Notes under the pieces: generated by a model | The model's input: the letters and a program-made list of their open reading frames with translations, nothing else | Database searches by the model: none | What the model was told of the DNA's origin: nothing | Part shown: in pieces, positions 12,609 to 24,962 of the stretch | Position numbering within the stretch: the stretch's first letter is position 1 | How the letters are laid out: each line of letters begins with the position of its first letter | Made by a program: the position numbers and the translations under genes | Origin: Lama glama | Lineage: Eukaryota | DNA: 64,000 bases | Reading direction: 5' to 3' | NCBI GenBank assembly: GCA_028534125.1 | Contig: CM052817.1 | Location: 57,228,001-57,292,000 of the forward strand

Positions 12609-12823
12609 GCACTTCTGTTTGCATGGAGCATTTAAAGTTAGAAAAATGGTTTAGATTAAGATTCCTTTTGCTCTCTACTCCTCCTGGGCCACAACCATAG
12701 TGGTCAGCCAAAAAAGGCATGAGTCATTCGATCTGGGGTCCTGGTGCTTGTTCCTCTCAGCCAAGGCCCTGAGTTTAGCCAGGATCTTCCACAAAGGATG
12801 GTAAACTTGACTCCTATTCCCAC

Positions 12824-12942
12824 CTCTCTCCTCCACCAGCTGCACATTGGATGGTGGCAAGATAAGTCATCAAACATCATCTGACCATCCTCAGAAGACA
12901 CATATGAGGCAAACAAATGACACATTACATTCTCCTCATATT
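12824..12942 (-). pseudogene. Candidate exon (119 nt): YEENVMCHLFASYVSSEDGQMMFDDLSCHHPMCSWWRRE
   Basis: Acceptor tttttctgttcctgttag, donor GAG|GTGGGA; one frame open throughout. Confidence 0.5.
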
Positions 12943-14384
12943 CTAACAGGAACAGAAAAAGAGTCTGGAGCCTTTGTCTATGTCCCAAACCTCCTGAATC
13001 CCCCATACTCATCTTAGTTCACAAAACCTCAGGCTAAGAGGAGTTGCAGTGACTCAAGATATTTTTCAGATAGCTTATGAATCCCAGGAAGAAATCAGAG
13101 TACACAGGATGGGAATTAAACCCAGATTCCCCAGCGTTACCTCTTATACAGTCAAGTAGAAACATGTTTAAGAAAAAAAAGGAAAGAATGTAGAAAATGG
13201 AGCTGATTTTTGCCAAGATAAGAAATTGTTCTAAGCTGCCCCTGGCTTTCTTGAATATGTGCTCAAACCCCATCATCTTCATTCAAGCCCTGGCTAAAAC
13301 TTTAAATGAGTTATTATACACATTAAATTGTCATTTAATCATACCCAAGCACTGTCATAAAAGCAAATGAAGCAAGCCAAGCAGCACTGGAATAAAAAAT
13401 ACTACACTAGTTACATTCTGAAAGCACAAGCTGAAAAATGCTTACTGTCACCTCATACAAGGGGAGGGGGGAGGCCTGCCATCATAGGCAACAAATGGCC
13501 CAGGAGGCTCTGGCTCTTCACTTTTTCACTTGGAGCTTGGGAGCTAATGGCCGGCAACCAACATCAAGACCCACTTTCACCTAACTGTCCTCAGTTGTAC
13601 CTACCTTGATTTGAGGTTGTTAGGTCCAAAGGCCCAGTGCAGAAAGAGGTTGTCAGGCACTAACCCCATAGTACCTTCTCACATGTGCTTTTTCAATTAG
13701 GAAGTGATGACAGTTTCTTGTCTCAGAAATCCTTAGTAAAACACCAATTTGAGGCTATCTTGACAGTGAATGCAAAGGTACCATGACACCTTCTGTAAGT
13801 GAGGGAGACAGGTACCCATAAACTCTCCAATTCACATCCACCCAGAGAAATCATGGCTTGCCCAGCCCCATGAACCCTTGTGACCCTGTCAGGAGTGAGG
13901 AGAGGGGAAAACTGGCAAACCCGGGGAAACTAGCCGGATTTATATTGGCAGGAACAGTGAGAAGCTAGGGAGCCTGGAGGGCATCCTGAAGCTGAGGGCG
14001 TGAGAATAAGGAAACTGGTGGGGTGGAGGTGAGGGGTGAAAGCCTTTGAGACATTTTTAAAGGGGAAGATGGGAAAAGATAACTTTAAGAAGTTATGAAA
14101 GTAAATCCTTTTTCTGGTTATATATATATATAAATATCAAAAAACAAAAAATAGTAAATTCTTTTTGTTCAGTTTTGTGTTCACTCTTTATTTGCTGATT
14201 TGTTTTGGTTGTATTTTTGAGAGAATGCTTTTTTAAAGATTAAAATTGCTCTTTCAAGTATTTTTGGAATTCCAGACAGGTGTCTTTTATTTTTAAAAGA
14301 CTGTTGTGACTGGCCTATATAGGCACTTCATCTTACACAGTTGTTTCGATATTTATGTTTCTTTGGCATTTTCTGAAAATAATT

Positions 14385-14975
14385 TATTCAATGTATGCAA
14401 TATTTGTTGAGTGCAAAACACTCAACTTGGCCTGTAGAAAATTCAAAGGTATCAGACAAGGACTGTTTCCAAGGAGCTTGACCAGGTATAATTACCATTT
14501 AATGGCTATGACAATTACATTCGATTTAAAAGAAGATACTCGTAGAAAGAAAAGCAGGGATCAGGCTCTGTAGAACCTCAAAATACAGAGAGAGTACTCA
14601 CAGCAGGGGAGGAAGTCATGGGAGAAGGAGAACCATCATGAATCACAGAATGCTTCATGCTGAGGTAGCATCATAGATGGGCCTTAGATGATAGGTAGGC
14701 TTTGGGCGGGCAGAGATAGAAGGAAGGGTCTTCTAAGCAGAGAGGAGGGATTCTAAACTGAGAGAAAAGCCTAAGCAAAGTGTAGGAGAAAGAAAATACA
14801 GGGATGATTAAGTAAGTAGTGAGAGGTTCTGTTTAACAAAAGCAAAGACTCTATGAGAGCAACTAGTAGGAGATGAAATTCGAAAGGTAGCCTATGAGCA
14901 AACAATGGAAAGCCAGGAACGTCATACTAAAGAGCTTAGATTTGACTGAACAATCAATTGTGGAGGATGCAGGTA
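14385..14975 (-). mobile_element. Degenerate L2 fragment
   Basis: atttattcaatgtatgcaatatttgttgagtgc...tccaaggagcttgac, followed by purine-rich L2 body. Confidence 0.6.
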
Positions 14976-16767
14976 GCAGCTGAAGATTCTGAACACTGTG
15001 TTCCTGAAATGGGACATGTTTCGTGACTTTGTGTTCAGGCCCAGCCTGCCCCTCAACCATATTGTTCCCTATCCACATTCATTTCAAATTTTCCTTAACA
15101 CTGACTCAAAAAAAGTAAGTTTTCAACAAGGTATTTCCTATTTTGGAGAAAGGATTGAATGGCCTCTGTCTATCAGGCAAGAAAACTCTCCAGGAGGCTG
15201 GGATATAAGGTAGTGTTTCCTAACATTACCGCTCACTGCAGCTTTTTCTGCCCAACCAGGAAAAATATGACCAGAGTGTCTTCTTCTGCTCCCACTCCCA
15301 GGACCAAGCAGGAGCCCAGTTGTTCTGAAGATGAATGTGGCCATTGGCACAGGTAAGTTCCCATATGCTGGTGATTTAAGAAATGTTAAATGATGTCTGA
15401 AATTGAGGTCAAGGTGAAGGCTGGGTGACAGAGATGGCATAAATGCAGACCTCAGGAATACTGGAGGTCCCAGAGCAATGTGCTGGACACATGGAGAAAG
15501 TATCAGGGAGAACTGATGCTGTTATCATCAGAGAAGAAGTTTCATTTCCAGAGGAATGTTGTTGGAGCTGAGACGTGGTCATTGGCGGAGTGGAGAGCTG
15601 TCACGCATAGTATATTGCAGTCACTGACCATGCTCCACTTGAAATGGGAGACTTCCTGGTACAGGGACTGTACCTCTTTGATTCACTATTGTACCCAAGA
15701 ATCATTCCTGTAGGTAGGAGACACTCAAGAAATATTTATGGACTAAATGACTGGGTGAACTAGTGCAGCCTAGTGAGCAGCCTCCTAGGATATCAGAGAG
15801 AGGATTTCTGCACTGGCAAGTGAAACTGGATTTGATTTCTAAGATCCCTCCCAATACTAGGACTCCTTGGTCCTCCTCTGAATGTTGAAATTTAGTCAGT
15901 ATCTATTGAGCACCTACTATGAACCAGACAACATACTAAGCCCACGGAAAACAAAGATGAATGAAAGAGAGTCCTTGTGCTGGAGGAGCTCTTGGTCTAG
16001 CAGACATGATAGTCAGTGGCTTAGCAATACCCTCCTCAAAGGGATTAGAGAGTCTCCAGACCTCTAAAATTATCCCTTTAGTTTCTTCCAGAGATCTTCT
16101 AAATGTTAATGTGCAAACCTCTAATAACCACCTCCCTAGACTATATGTTTCTGAATTTCCTCTCCAACTGAAAATGTGGGTGAGGACATCAAAGCTCAAT
16201 GTCAAAATGCTTCCCGAAGACAACTGATTGCCTAGAACAGTGACATTTTAATCAAATGGCTTATCTTTCTACTCATGTATATTCTTTTACTGGAGTTCAT
16301 GAAAAAAATCATAAGATCTTAGGGCTAGAAGGGAACGTAGAGCTCATCTAGTACAATACCCTGAGGAAACCAAAGCCCATGAAGTCAAGTAGCCTCTAGT
16401 TAGTGACACAGCTGAGACTGAGACTGGAACTGTATCTTTTGACTTGCAGCTAACATTCTCTATGCCACATCAAAATAACATACTTTTTAAGCATTAGGAA
16501 ACTTATGATGTCCTCCATGGATCTGTATTATAGCTTTAAGGCCTTATTACCATAATCCAAAAAGATATAATGAAATACTTGTCTTGCTTTAATTCTCAGA
16601 AGAAAATTTAAAGAGGCTGCTCAATGTAATGGAAAAAATACTGGAGTGGCGCCATGAAACTAAGGGTTCTAGGCTGAGCTCTTCTAGTAATCTTATGGGT
16701 GCTTTAAAACTTCAAGCCCTCTGGATCTTAGTTTTCTAGCTGAAAGTGAGGACACTGTACAAGAATC

Positions 16768-16983
16768 AGGAGTAGCAAACTCAAGTGCCTCACAGAATCA
16801 GGAAGGTAACTTAAATATGTATAAAGCAGGCCAAAACAAGACCACAAGACAGAGGTGGGAAGCTGGAGAGCTCACATCCTTTTTAAAGATATCCAAATCC
16901 AAATTTTAAAAAAATTCTGTAGACTCCCGGAGACAGGTCTGTGAGTCACATGTAGCCTACAGTCAGGCAATTTAAAACCTCTG
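16768..16983. mobile_element. hAT-type MER DNA transposon remnant
   Basis: Ends caggagtagcaaactcaagtgcct ... aggcaatttaaaacctctg resemble hAT terminal inverted repeats. Confidence 0.5.
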
Positions 16984-18347
16984 AACTAGAAGCTTATGTC
17001 CTTTCCTTCTATAATCTCTTAGGTATGAAAATAAACAGTCATCAGAAGTCAATGTTTTGATCAGAGTCTAATATATTATTACTATCTTCAAATAAATCAT
17101 TTATTTTAATGTTTCCATGATCCAGAAATTCCTAATCATTTTCCTCTGGCTTGCTGTGCAGCTTTCAATAGTCTGTATAGTTTCTCTGTGCCACAGTTTG
17201 TCATTAACTAGATGAAAAATAAAATTGCTCACCATTCTTATGGGGTATGGTATGAATTAATCAACTAATGTTCTGTTATAAATGCTATGGATGTTCATTA
17301 ATAAAATATATCTCGTGGGCATATATTCTTTGTGATCATATGCCTTGATAGTTCTTTTGTTGGCATCAACTTTTATTGACTATTCTACATAATTAAAACC
17401 CCAAGAAATTGATTTAAAAAGACCAGGAAGTGTGTGTAATACAGGACTGCCAACACTAATGAAATAATTTAAGTTGGAATTTGACAACAGGACAAATTAA
17501 ACTCAGCACATTACTCAAGGACTCAGAAAGGCTGATTGTTCAAATGTAATTAAAATATACAGCTGGAATAGTAACTGCTAAAAGAGTCATCAGATCAATG
17601 AACACAGTAGCTATAAAAAATTTAATGCAGTGTGAGCAGACTATTTTTTAAAATGCAAATAATCAAGATGCAACCGCCTGTTATGAAGTCAACATGTAAA
17701 AACTAACAAGCTCAGGCAAATTGTACTGATGACTCAGAAGAAAAAGGCTGGTATAAGATATTAAGAACATTCCTCTCAATACCAACACTACCATTTAATC
17801 ATAAAGATTAATCTCTCTAAAAAGTGGGGTGGAGCTTGTAGTCAGAGCTGTAAGAATATTTATTTCCTCCAGCTGATTCTTTGCCTGATGCCTGGGCTGA
17901 GCAGTGATGTACGCTACACATCACCTAGCTCACACTGTTCAGGTTACACCTCTTTCATTACTAGCCAGATCACTTTTCCCACACGGTGTCTAGACTTTTA
18001 GATCTAAGTCCTCAAATTAGCATAAAAACAAGATCAAATTGGATTCTATAAAATTTACAGACATATCTGAGAAAGAACAAAAGGGAACAGGTGAACAGAG
18101 GGGGTGGCAGAATTTTAGGTCATTTTTTCCATTACTTCTAGGATTTTTATTATAAAAGTATACAATCAGTGTTTATAACTTGAATGTTCCAGATCCCCCC
18201 AAGACATGGGTACAAGCAATGTCACATTAATATTATTTGTACACATTTCATCAGCTCCAAAGCCCTACTTGCTAATACAGAAACACCAGTCCCTGGCAAA
18301 GCTCCCACCCTAGCCTCCAGAGTCCCCTCCTCTGATTGTATGAACTC

Positions 18348-18701
18348 TTTTGGACATGGAGATGTGCCATCCAGATCCCCATTCAGGGGTGGGCTTGTCC
18401 CAGTAATCAGTTCCTTTGGCCTCGCTGCAAAGAGCCATGTCACCCAAAGGCACACAGGGCAGCCCACAACCCATGGCCAACGGAGGAGGGATGTAAAGGC
18501 TACACCATTCTGACAGGCTACGTGCAACCCAGGGCTCCCAATGGGGCTGACTGAGGCTTCATCCTGCCTGCATCAGCTTAACTTCCCTATCTGCCCCATA
18601 CTGTTCCTGCTCTTTCCCTCCACAGGTGCCAATTCCTAATAAATATCCTGCATACCAAACTCTACCTCAGCATCTGCTTCCAGAGAATCCAACCTGTGAC
18701 A
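18348..18701 (+). mobile_element. LTR16-type (ERVL) solo LTR
   Basis: ggagatgtgccatccagatcccc start; aataaatatcctgca...ctcagcatctgcttccagagaatccaacctgtgaca end. Confidence 0.8.
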
Positions 18702-19294
18702 AGAAGTCACCCTGGCTGCCACTAGCACCTCACTTGGCCCGGAAGGCCTGAACTGCTTAGCATGATCTTCTTCCTCGTCTGCTCAGATTCACATGTCTGT
18801 TGGCCACCCCAGAAACCAGTTCCTCAGACCTCAATGCCCTTGAGTGTTCCACAGTTCCCTGTGATAAAGAAAGGACCTCTTTCTCTCTGCATTACGCTCC
18901 ACAAAGGGGTGATATGTCTCTCAGATGACAGTTTGCTTCTCCCCAAGGCAGGAAGACACTGTCACAATAGTCAGGCAGCCACCACCCTGTACCTAGAAGC
19001 TACTCCTTTCTAAACCTCATAAATCTGTCTTCCTAGACAAGCCAGACTCAGGCCTTCTTTGTGGTAGTCTCTAGACAGTCTACCCCATCCCCACAATACC
19101 CCTCTGGAGGTGTGGCTTCAGTTTGCACATGCATAAGCACATTTAACCTACCAAATGGGTCTGAACCCAACTGTGGTAAATGGTGAAGGGTTTGGAGGCT
19201 CCTCATCTTCAGTAAGTATAATAAATACTGCTGTGGATCATGGTGAGGAAGGTAGGGAAATGGTTTTCCAGCTCTGTACATATATGAATACTCA

Positions 19295-19515
19295 TTTAAC
19301 AAACACTTAACACAGAAATTACCACTGTCACTATTCTAAGGCTTTTATATATATTAACTCAGACAATTCAAAAACAGCCCTATGAAGTAATTAAGCCCAT
19401 CTTACACATGAGCAAACTGAGGTACATAGAGATTTGGTGACTTGCGGTCACACAACAAGCAAGTATTGAGAATGCTCTGGCTCTGAGGCCTTGCTCTTAA
19501 CCATTATGCCACACA
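19295..19515 (-). mobile_element. MIR SINE
   Basis: cccatcttacacatgagcaaactgaggtacatagag...gctcttaaccattatgc. Confidence 0.8.
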
Positions 19516-20384
19516 GCCCCTAAGGCCAGGCTTGTTCCCTACTCGAATTTGACAGTGGTAATATTCCATTGGGGGAGAACTGAAGATGCAAGAAGAGTAA
19601 TCAAGTGAGAAGTCTACATTCCTTGGTTTCCTTTTTAGGCCTTTTTAGGCCATTCTCTTGATACCTAATTTCCCCTTGGCCCCTCTCTTCTCATTCCAGT
19701 GCCCCAGGAGTCCTTGGGGGAGGGTTAAGTGGGTCAGGTAGGGACAGCCCTGCCCTAAGCCCAGCATGCTGTCTCTGGCCTTATCTGTGATAAAGCAGCC
19801 ATTGCTTGGTGGTATGATGCAACTCTCGGAGGTTGTCTGAGGCAGCTGCAAGCATGGCTAGCGTTAACACAACTCATTAAGCAGGTGATGAGTCCTCTAG
19901 AGCTTAGGGACCACCTATACAGACAACAAATTGATGCTATTCTGAATGGTCTCCTTCTGTACTGGCTCCGTTGCCCATGCATGTATACCAGGAATTCACA
20001 CCATTAGCCTGAACTTCTATTACTGTAATGCTGTGAAGACTTACACTTCAATTCAGCAACCTTTTTTTAAATTGACTAAAGGAATATCACTGTGGAAGAA
20101 ACAAAAGGCAGCAGCTTTAATATTTATTGTGCATCGATTATATACAAGGTCCTGATGGGAAATTTTAAGTATGTTATCTCAGCTAACCTTAATACAACAT
20201 TAGCACTATTACCACTGTTTTTAAGATGAGAAAATGAGGAGAAGAGAGGAAGTGACTTAAGATATCACAGCTAAAAAGTAGCAAAGCTGATTTAAATCCA
20301 GGCGTGTGTGACTCCAAGCCTGTTAAAGGAGCTTGCCAGTCAGGTGAGTGAGACCAACATATTAAAAACTAACCACTAATCAAA

Positions 20385-23300
20385 ATCCTAGAAAGTTACT
20401 TAGAATCAACAAATTGATTCTAAAATTTGTATAGAAAAGCAAAAGATCCAGAGTAGCCACACAATGTTGAAGATGAAGAACAAAGTTGGAGAAGCGATAC
20501 TACCTAACATTAGTAGCTTTATTATAAAGCTACAGTAATCAAGACAATGTGCTATTGGCAAAAAAATAGACAAATGGATCAATGGAAGAGAATAGAGTGC
20601 CCAGCAATAGACATTCTCCCATAAATATAGTTACCTGATCTCTGGCAGAGGAGAAGAGGCAATTCAATGAAACAAAGGTAGTATCTTCAACAAATGGTAG
20701 TGAAACAACTGGAAATCCACATGCTAAAAAAAGAAGAAGAAGAAGGGAGAAAGGAGAAGAAGAAGGGAGAAGGGGGAGAGGAGGAGGAGGAGAATCATCT
20801 AGACACAGACCTTACATTTGTCACAAAAATTAAACGGAGACCTAAATGTAAAACAATAAACTATAAAGCTCCTAGAAGATTGTACAGGAAAAAAACCTAG
20901 ATGACCTTGGGTATGGAGAGGTCTTTTCAGATAAAATACCAAAGGCCCAGTCCATGAAGGAAATAATTGATGAGTTGGACTTCATTAAAATTAAGACTTC
21001 TACTCTGCAAAAGACAATACCAAAAGAATAAAACCAAGAAGGTCCTAGGGAAAGTGGAAGTGTAGAAGCCCTAAAAGTGAATGAGCCTGGTGGACCTAAA
21101 GGACAAGCACAGAACCAGTAGCTGGATACAATGGGGGAAAGAAAGCAGTGCATATGAGTCAGAAAAATTGTCATGACCAATCCACATAAGGTCTTATAGG
21201 GCACAGTAGGGTCCAGGTATACTATACAAAGGAAAAACTTTTTGTATTATGTTGGGGATGGAATTTATGTATATTTTGCACTAAATTTTGTTCATTTTTA
21301 TATCCAACTTAGGTAATAAATACTGAATGATCAAAAGGGAGAGAGAGAAAGAATGAGAAGACAAGTCACAGAGTGAGAGAAAATATTTACAAAAGACACT
21401 AATAAAGGACTGTTATCCAAAACATACAAAGAATAGAGACCTAGAAATAAACCTACAGACTTAATGTTTGACAAAAGAATATACAATGGAGAAAAGACAG
21501 CCCCTTCAGCAAGTGTTGTTGAGAAAACTGGACCAGCATCATTTAATCAATGAAGTTAGAACGCTCCCTCATAGCATACACAAAGATAAACTCAAAATGG
21601 CTTGAAGACTTTAATATAAGACAAGACACTAAAACCTCCTAGAAGGAAACATAGGCAAAACATTCTCTGATGTATATCTTAGCAATGTTCTCCTAGGGCA
21701 GTCTACGCAGGCAATAGAAACAAAAGCAAAAAAAAAAAAAAAAAAGGGGGGGACCTAATTAAACTTACAAACTTTTGCACAGCAAAGGAAACCATAAACA
21801 AAACCAAACAACAACCTATGGAATGGGAGAAAATATCTACAAAAGATGCAACAGACAAAAGTTTAATTTCCAGAATATATAAACAGCTCTTACAACTTAA
21901 CAACAACAACAAAAACCCAATCCAAAAATGGGCAGAAGACCTAAACAAGCAATTCTCCAATGAAGACGTACAAATGGCCAACAGGCACGTGAAAAAATGC
22001 TCAACATTGCTAATTATCAGAGAAGTGCAAACCTACAATGAGATATTACCTCACACCAGTCAGAACAGCCATCATTAAAAAGTTCACAAACAATAAATGC
22101 TAGAGAGGGTGTGGAGAGAAGGGAACCCTCCTATACTGTTGGTGGAAATGCAGTTTAGTGTACCTGTTACGGAAAATAGTATGGAGATTCCTCAAAAAAC
22201 TAAAAATAGACTTACCATATGATATAGCAACCCTACTCCTAGACATATATCCAAAGGGAACTCTAATTTGAAAAGATACATGCACCTCAATGTTCATAGA
22301 AGCAGTATAAACAAGACAAGGAAGCAACCTAAATGTCCATCGACATACGATTGGATAAAGAAGCTGTGGTATATTTATACAATGGAATACTACTCAGCCA
22401 TAAAAAACAATAAAATAATGCAAACTGCAGCAACATGGATGGACCTGGAGATCATCATTCTAAGTGAAGTAAGCCAGAAAGAGAGAGAAAAATACCATAT
22501 GATATCACTCATATGTGAAATCTAAAAAAACAAACTTAGGGTTACCAGTGAGGGAAGAGGGTGGGGAGGGATAAATTGGGAATTCGAGAGTTGTAGATAC
22601 TAACTACTATATATATAAAATACATAAACAACAAGTTTATAGTGTATAACACAGAGAACTACATTCAGTATCTTATAGTAACCTATAATGAAAAAGAATA
22701 TGAAAACGAATATATGTATATAGAGTATGACTAAACTACTACGCTGTACACCAGAAACTGACATGATATTGACACTATATTTTAACAAAACATACACACA
22801 CACAAAGCAAAAAAGAAGACACTAATGAACTCATCTACAAAACAGAAACAGACTCACAGACATCGTAAACAATCTTTTGGTCACCAGGGGGAAAGGAGTG
22901 GGTAGCAATAAATTAGACATTGGAGATTTGCAAATATTAACTACTATATACAAAATAGATAAACAAAAATTTCTTCTGTATAGTACACGGAACTATATTC
23001 AACATCTTGTAGTAACCTATAATGAAAAAGAACATGAAAGTGAATATGTGTGTATATATGTATGACTGAAAACGCTATGCTGTACACCAGAAATTGATGC
23101 ACTGTAAACTGACTATACTTCAATAAAAATATATGTACACACAAAGAACTCTTAAAACTCAACAATAAGAAAACAAACATCTTGATTTTTAAAATGGGCA
23201 GAAGACCTTAATGGATACACCACCAAAGAAGATACACAGATGGTAAATAAGTATACAAAAAGATGTTCCACATCATTTCTCATTAGTGAAATACAAATTA

Positions 23301-24340
23301 AAACTATAATCAGATACAATGATACATCTATTAAAATGACCAAAATCCAGAACACTGACAACACCAAATGCTGATGAGGATAAGGAACAACAGGAGCTCT
23401 GATTCAGTGCAAGTGGGAATACAAAATGGCACAGCCACTTTGGAAGACAGTTTTGGCAGTTTCTTACAAAATTAAACATACTACTACCAAAAAAAAAAAA
23501 AAACCCCATGGGGAAACTGAGTATAAAACAGGCTGGAGTACTCTATATCTCTGTAACTCTTCTGTAAATCTATAACTATTCTAAAATTAAAAGTTTATTA
23601 AAATAAAAAATTAAAACATAAACATATTCTAACCATTGATCCATCAATTTTACTTCTTGGTATTTACCCAAAGGAGGTGAAAACTTATGTCCACATAAAA
23701 ATCTGCACAGATATTTATAGCACCTTTATTCATAATTATCAAAACTTGGAAGCAACCAATATGGCCTTCAATAGGTGAATAGATAAATAAACTGTGGTAT
23801 ATCCAGACAATGGAATATTACTCAGCACTAAAAGTAAGAGTTACCAAGCCATGAAAAGGCATAGAATAAACTTAAAATGTGTATTATCAAGAAGCCAATT
23901 AGAAAAGGCTACATATTGCATGATTCCAACAATGTGGCATCCTGGAAAAGATAACACTATGGTGACAATAAAAAGATTAGTGGTTGCCAGGGATGGGATG
24001 GTGCAGGAGGGATAAATAGGTGGACCACAAAGGACTTTTAAGGCAGTGAAATTATTCTGTACGATGTTAAAATGATGGATATCTGTTATACATTTACCCA
24101 AATCCATGAAATGCACAATACCAAGAGTGAACCCTAAGATAAACAATGGACTTCGGATGATTATAATTTGTCAATGGAGGTTCATCCTTGGTAAAATATG
24201 CACCATTCTGGTGAGTGATGTTGATAAAGGGGGAGGCTATGCATCTGTGGGGGCAAGGGATATATAAGAAATCTCTGTTATCTCTCTCCTACTTTTGTTG
24301 TAAACTGCTCATAAAAAATAATTTTTTTTTAAAAAAAAGA
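20385..24340 (+). mobile_element. Old L1 (L1MC-like), ORF2 3' half + 3'UTR, hosting several nested insertions
   Basis: ORF2 motifs (aaagctacagtaatcaagacaatgtg, aatggaagagaatagag); 3'UTR gatgttgataaagggggaggctatgcatctgtgggggcaaggg. Interrupted at 21030-21347, 21434-23136 and ~23485-23620. Confidence 0.88.
21434..23136 (+). mobile_element. Younger lineage-specific L1 3' part inserted into the L1MC; contains a second L1 3'UTR copy (~22527-22805)
   Basis: TSD acatacaaagaa (21422-21433) / acacacaaagaa (23137-23148). ORFs 21818-22078 and 22268-22525 translate as ORF2 C-terminus. Confidence 0.9.
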
Positions 24341-24523
24341 ACACAAGGTAGAATTAAATAGGGGCTCTAATAGAGATTCAAAATAGAAGACAGAGAAAGA
24401 ACAAATCATTGCAACCAGGGATCTGGGACAGGTAAGTTGCTTCTGGGCTAGATCTTGAAAACTAAGTAAGGTTTTTGATAGGCAAAGAAGCTGTTTAAGC
24501 AGAAGAAAAGAGTCATAGAAGGG

Positions 24524-24962
24524 TGTGTGGCAGAGACTACCAGCTGTTCACAAACATCCATTTCCTCTTCCTCCTGGACGTGGCCACATTATATTTCTCA
24601 AAACCTTTGTAGGTCAGTGAGGCCATGTGATTAACAATTCTGCCCAACAGAACATGAACAGAAGAGATGAGTGACAGGCCTGGACCACAGAAACCTCCCA
24701 CGTGAACTCCTTAATCCTTTTTACCTTTCTGGCTGGCTGGAAAAAAGATGACAAAGGCAACTCTGGAAGCTGTGTGATGAAAACAGCAGAGCCTCCATCA
24801 GTTCAAATCAATGAATGGCTTTAAGGAGGAGAGCCCTCTTGCCCACCAGCAGCACCAACCTTGGACTTTTCAGTGAGTGAGAAATAAATAAACTTCTACT
24901 GTGTTCGAACCCATTATGCATTTAGGGTCGACTTGTTACAGGAGCTTGTGTTATCCTAACAT
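24524..24962 (+). mobile_element. MLT1J-like MaLR LTR
   Basis: tgtgtggcagagac...ggccatgtga...gagtgagaaataaataaacttctactgtgtt...ttgttacag. Confidence 0.8.

Larger units (their letters stand above)
3393..13792 (-). pseudogene. Candidate decayed multi-exon protein-coding gene (unitary-pseudogene-like), product unidentified
   Basis: Minus-strand exon-like segments at 13792-13605, 12942-12824, 10667-~10530, 10468-10314, 9684-9586, 7075-7010, 6521-~6420, 5982-5883, 4660-~4450 and 3620-3393. Polypyrimidine+AG acceptors, mostly GT donors and several phase-compatible junctions, but scattered stops and frameshifts. Confidence 0.5.
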
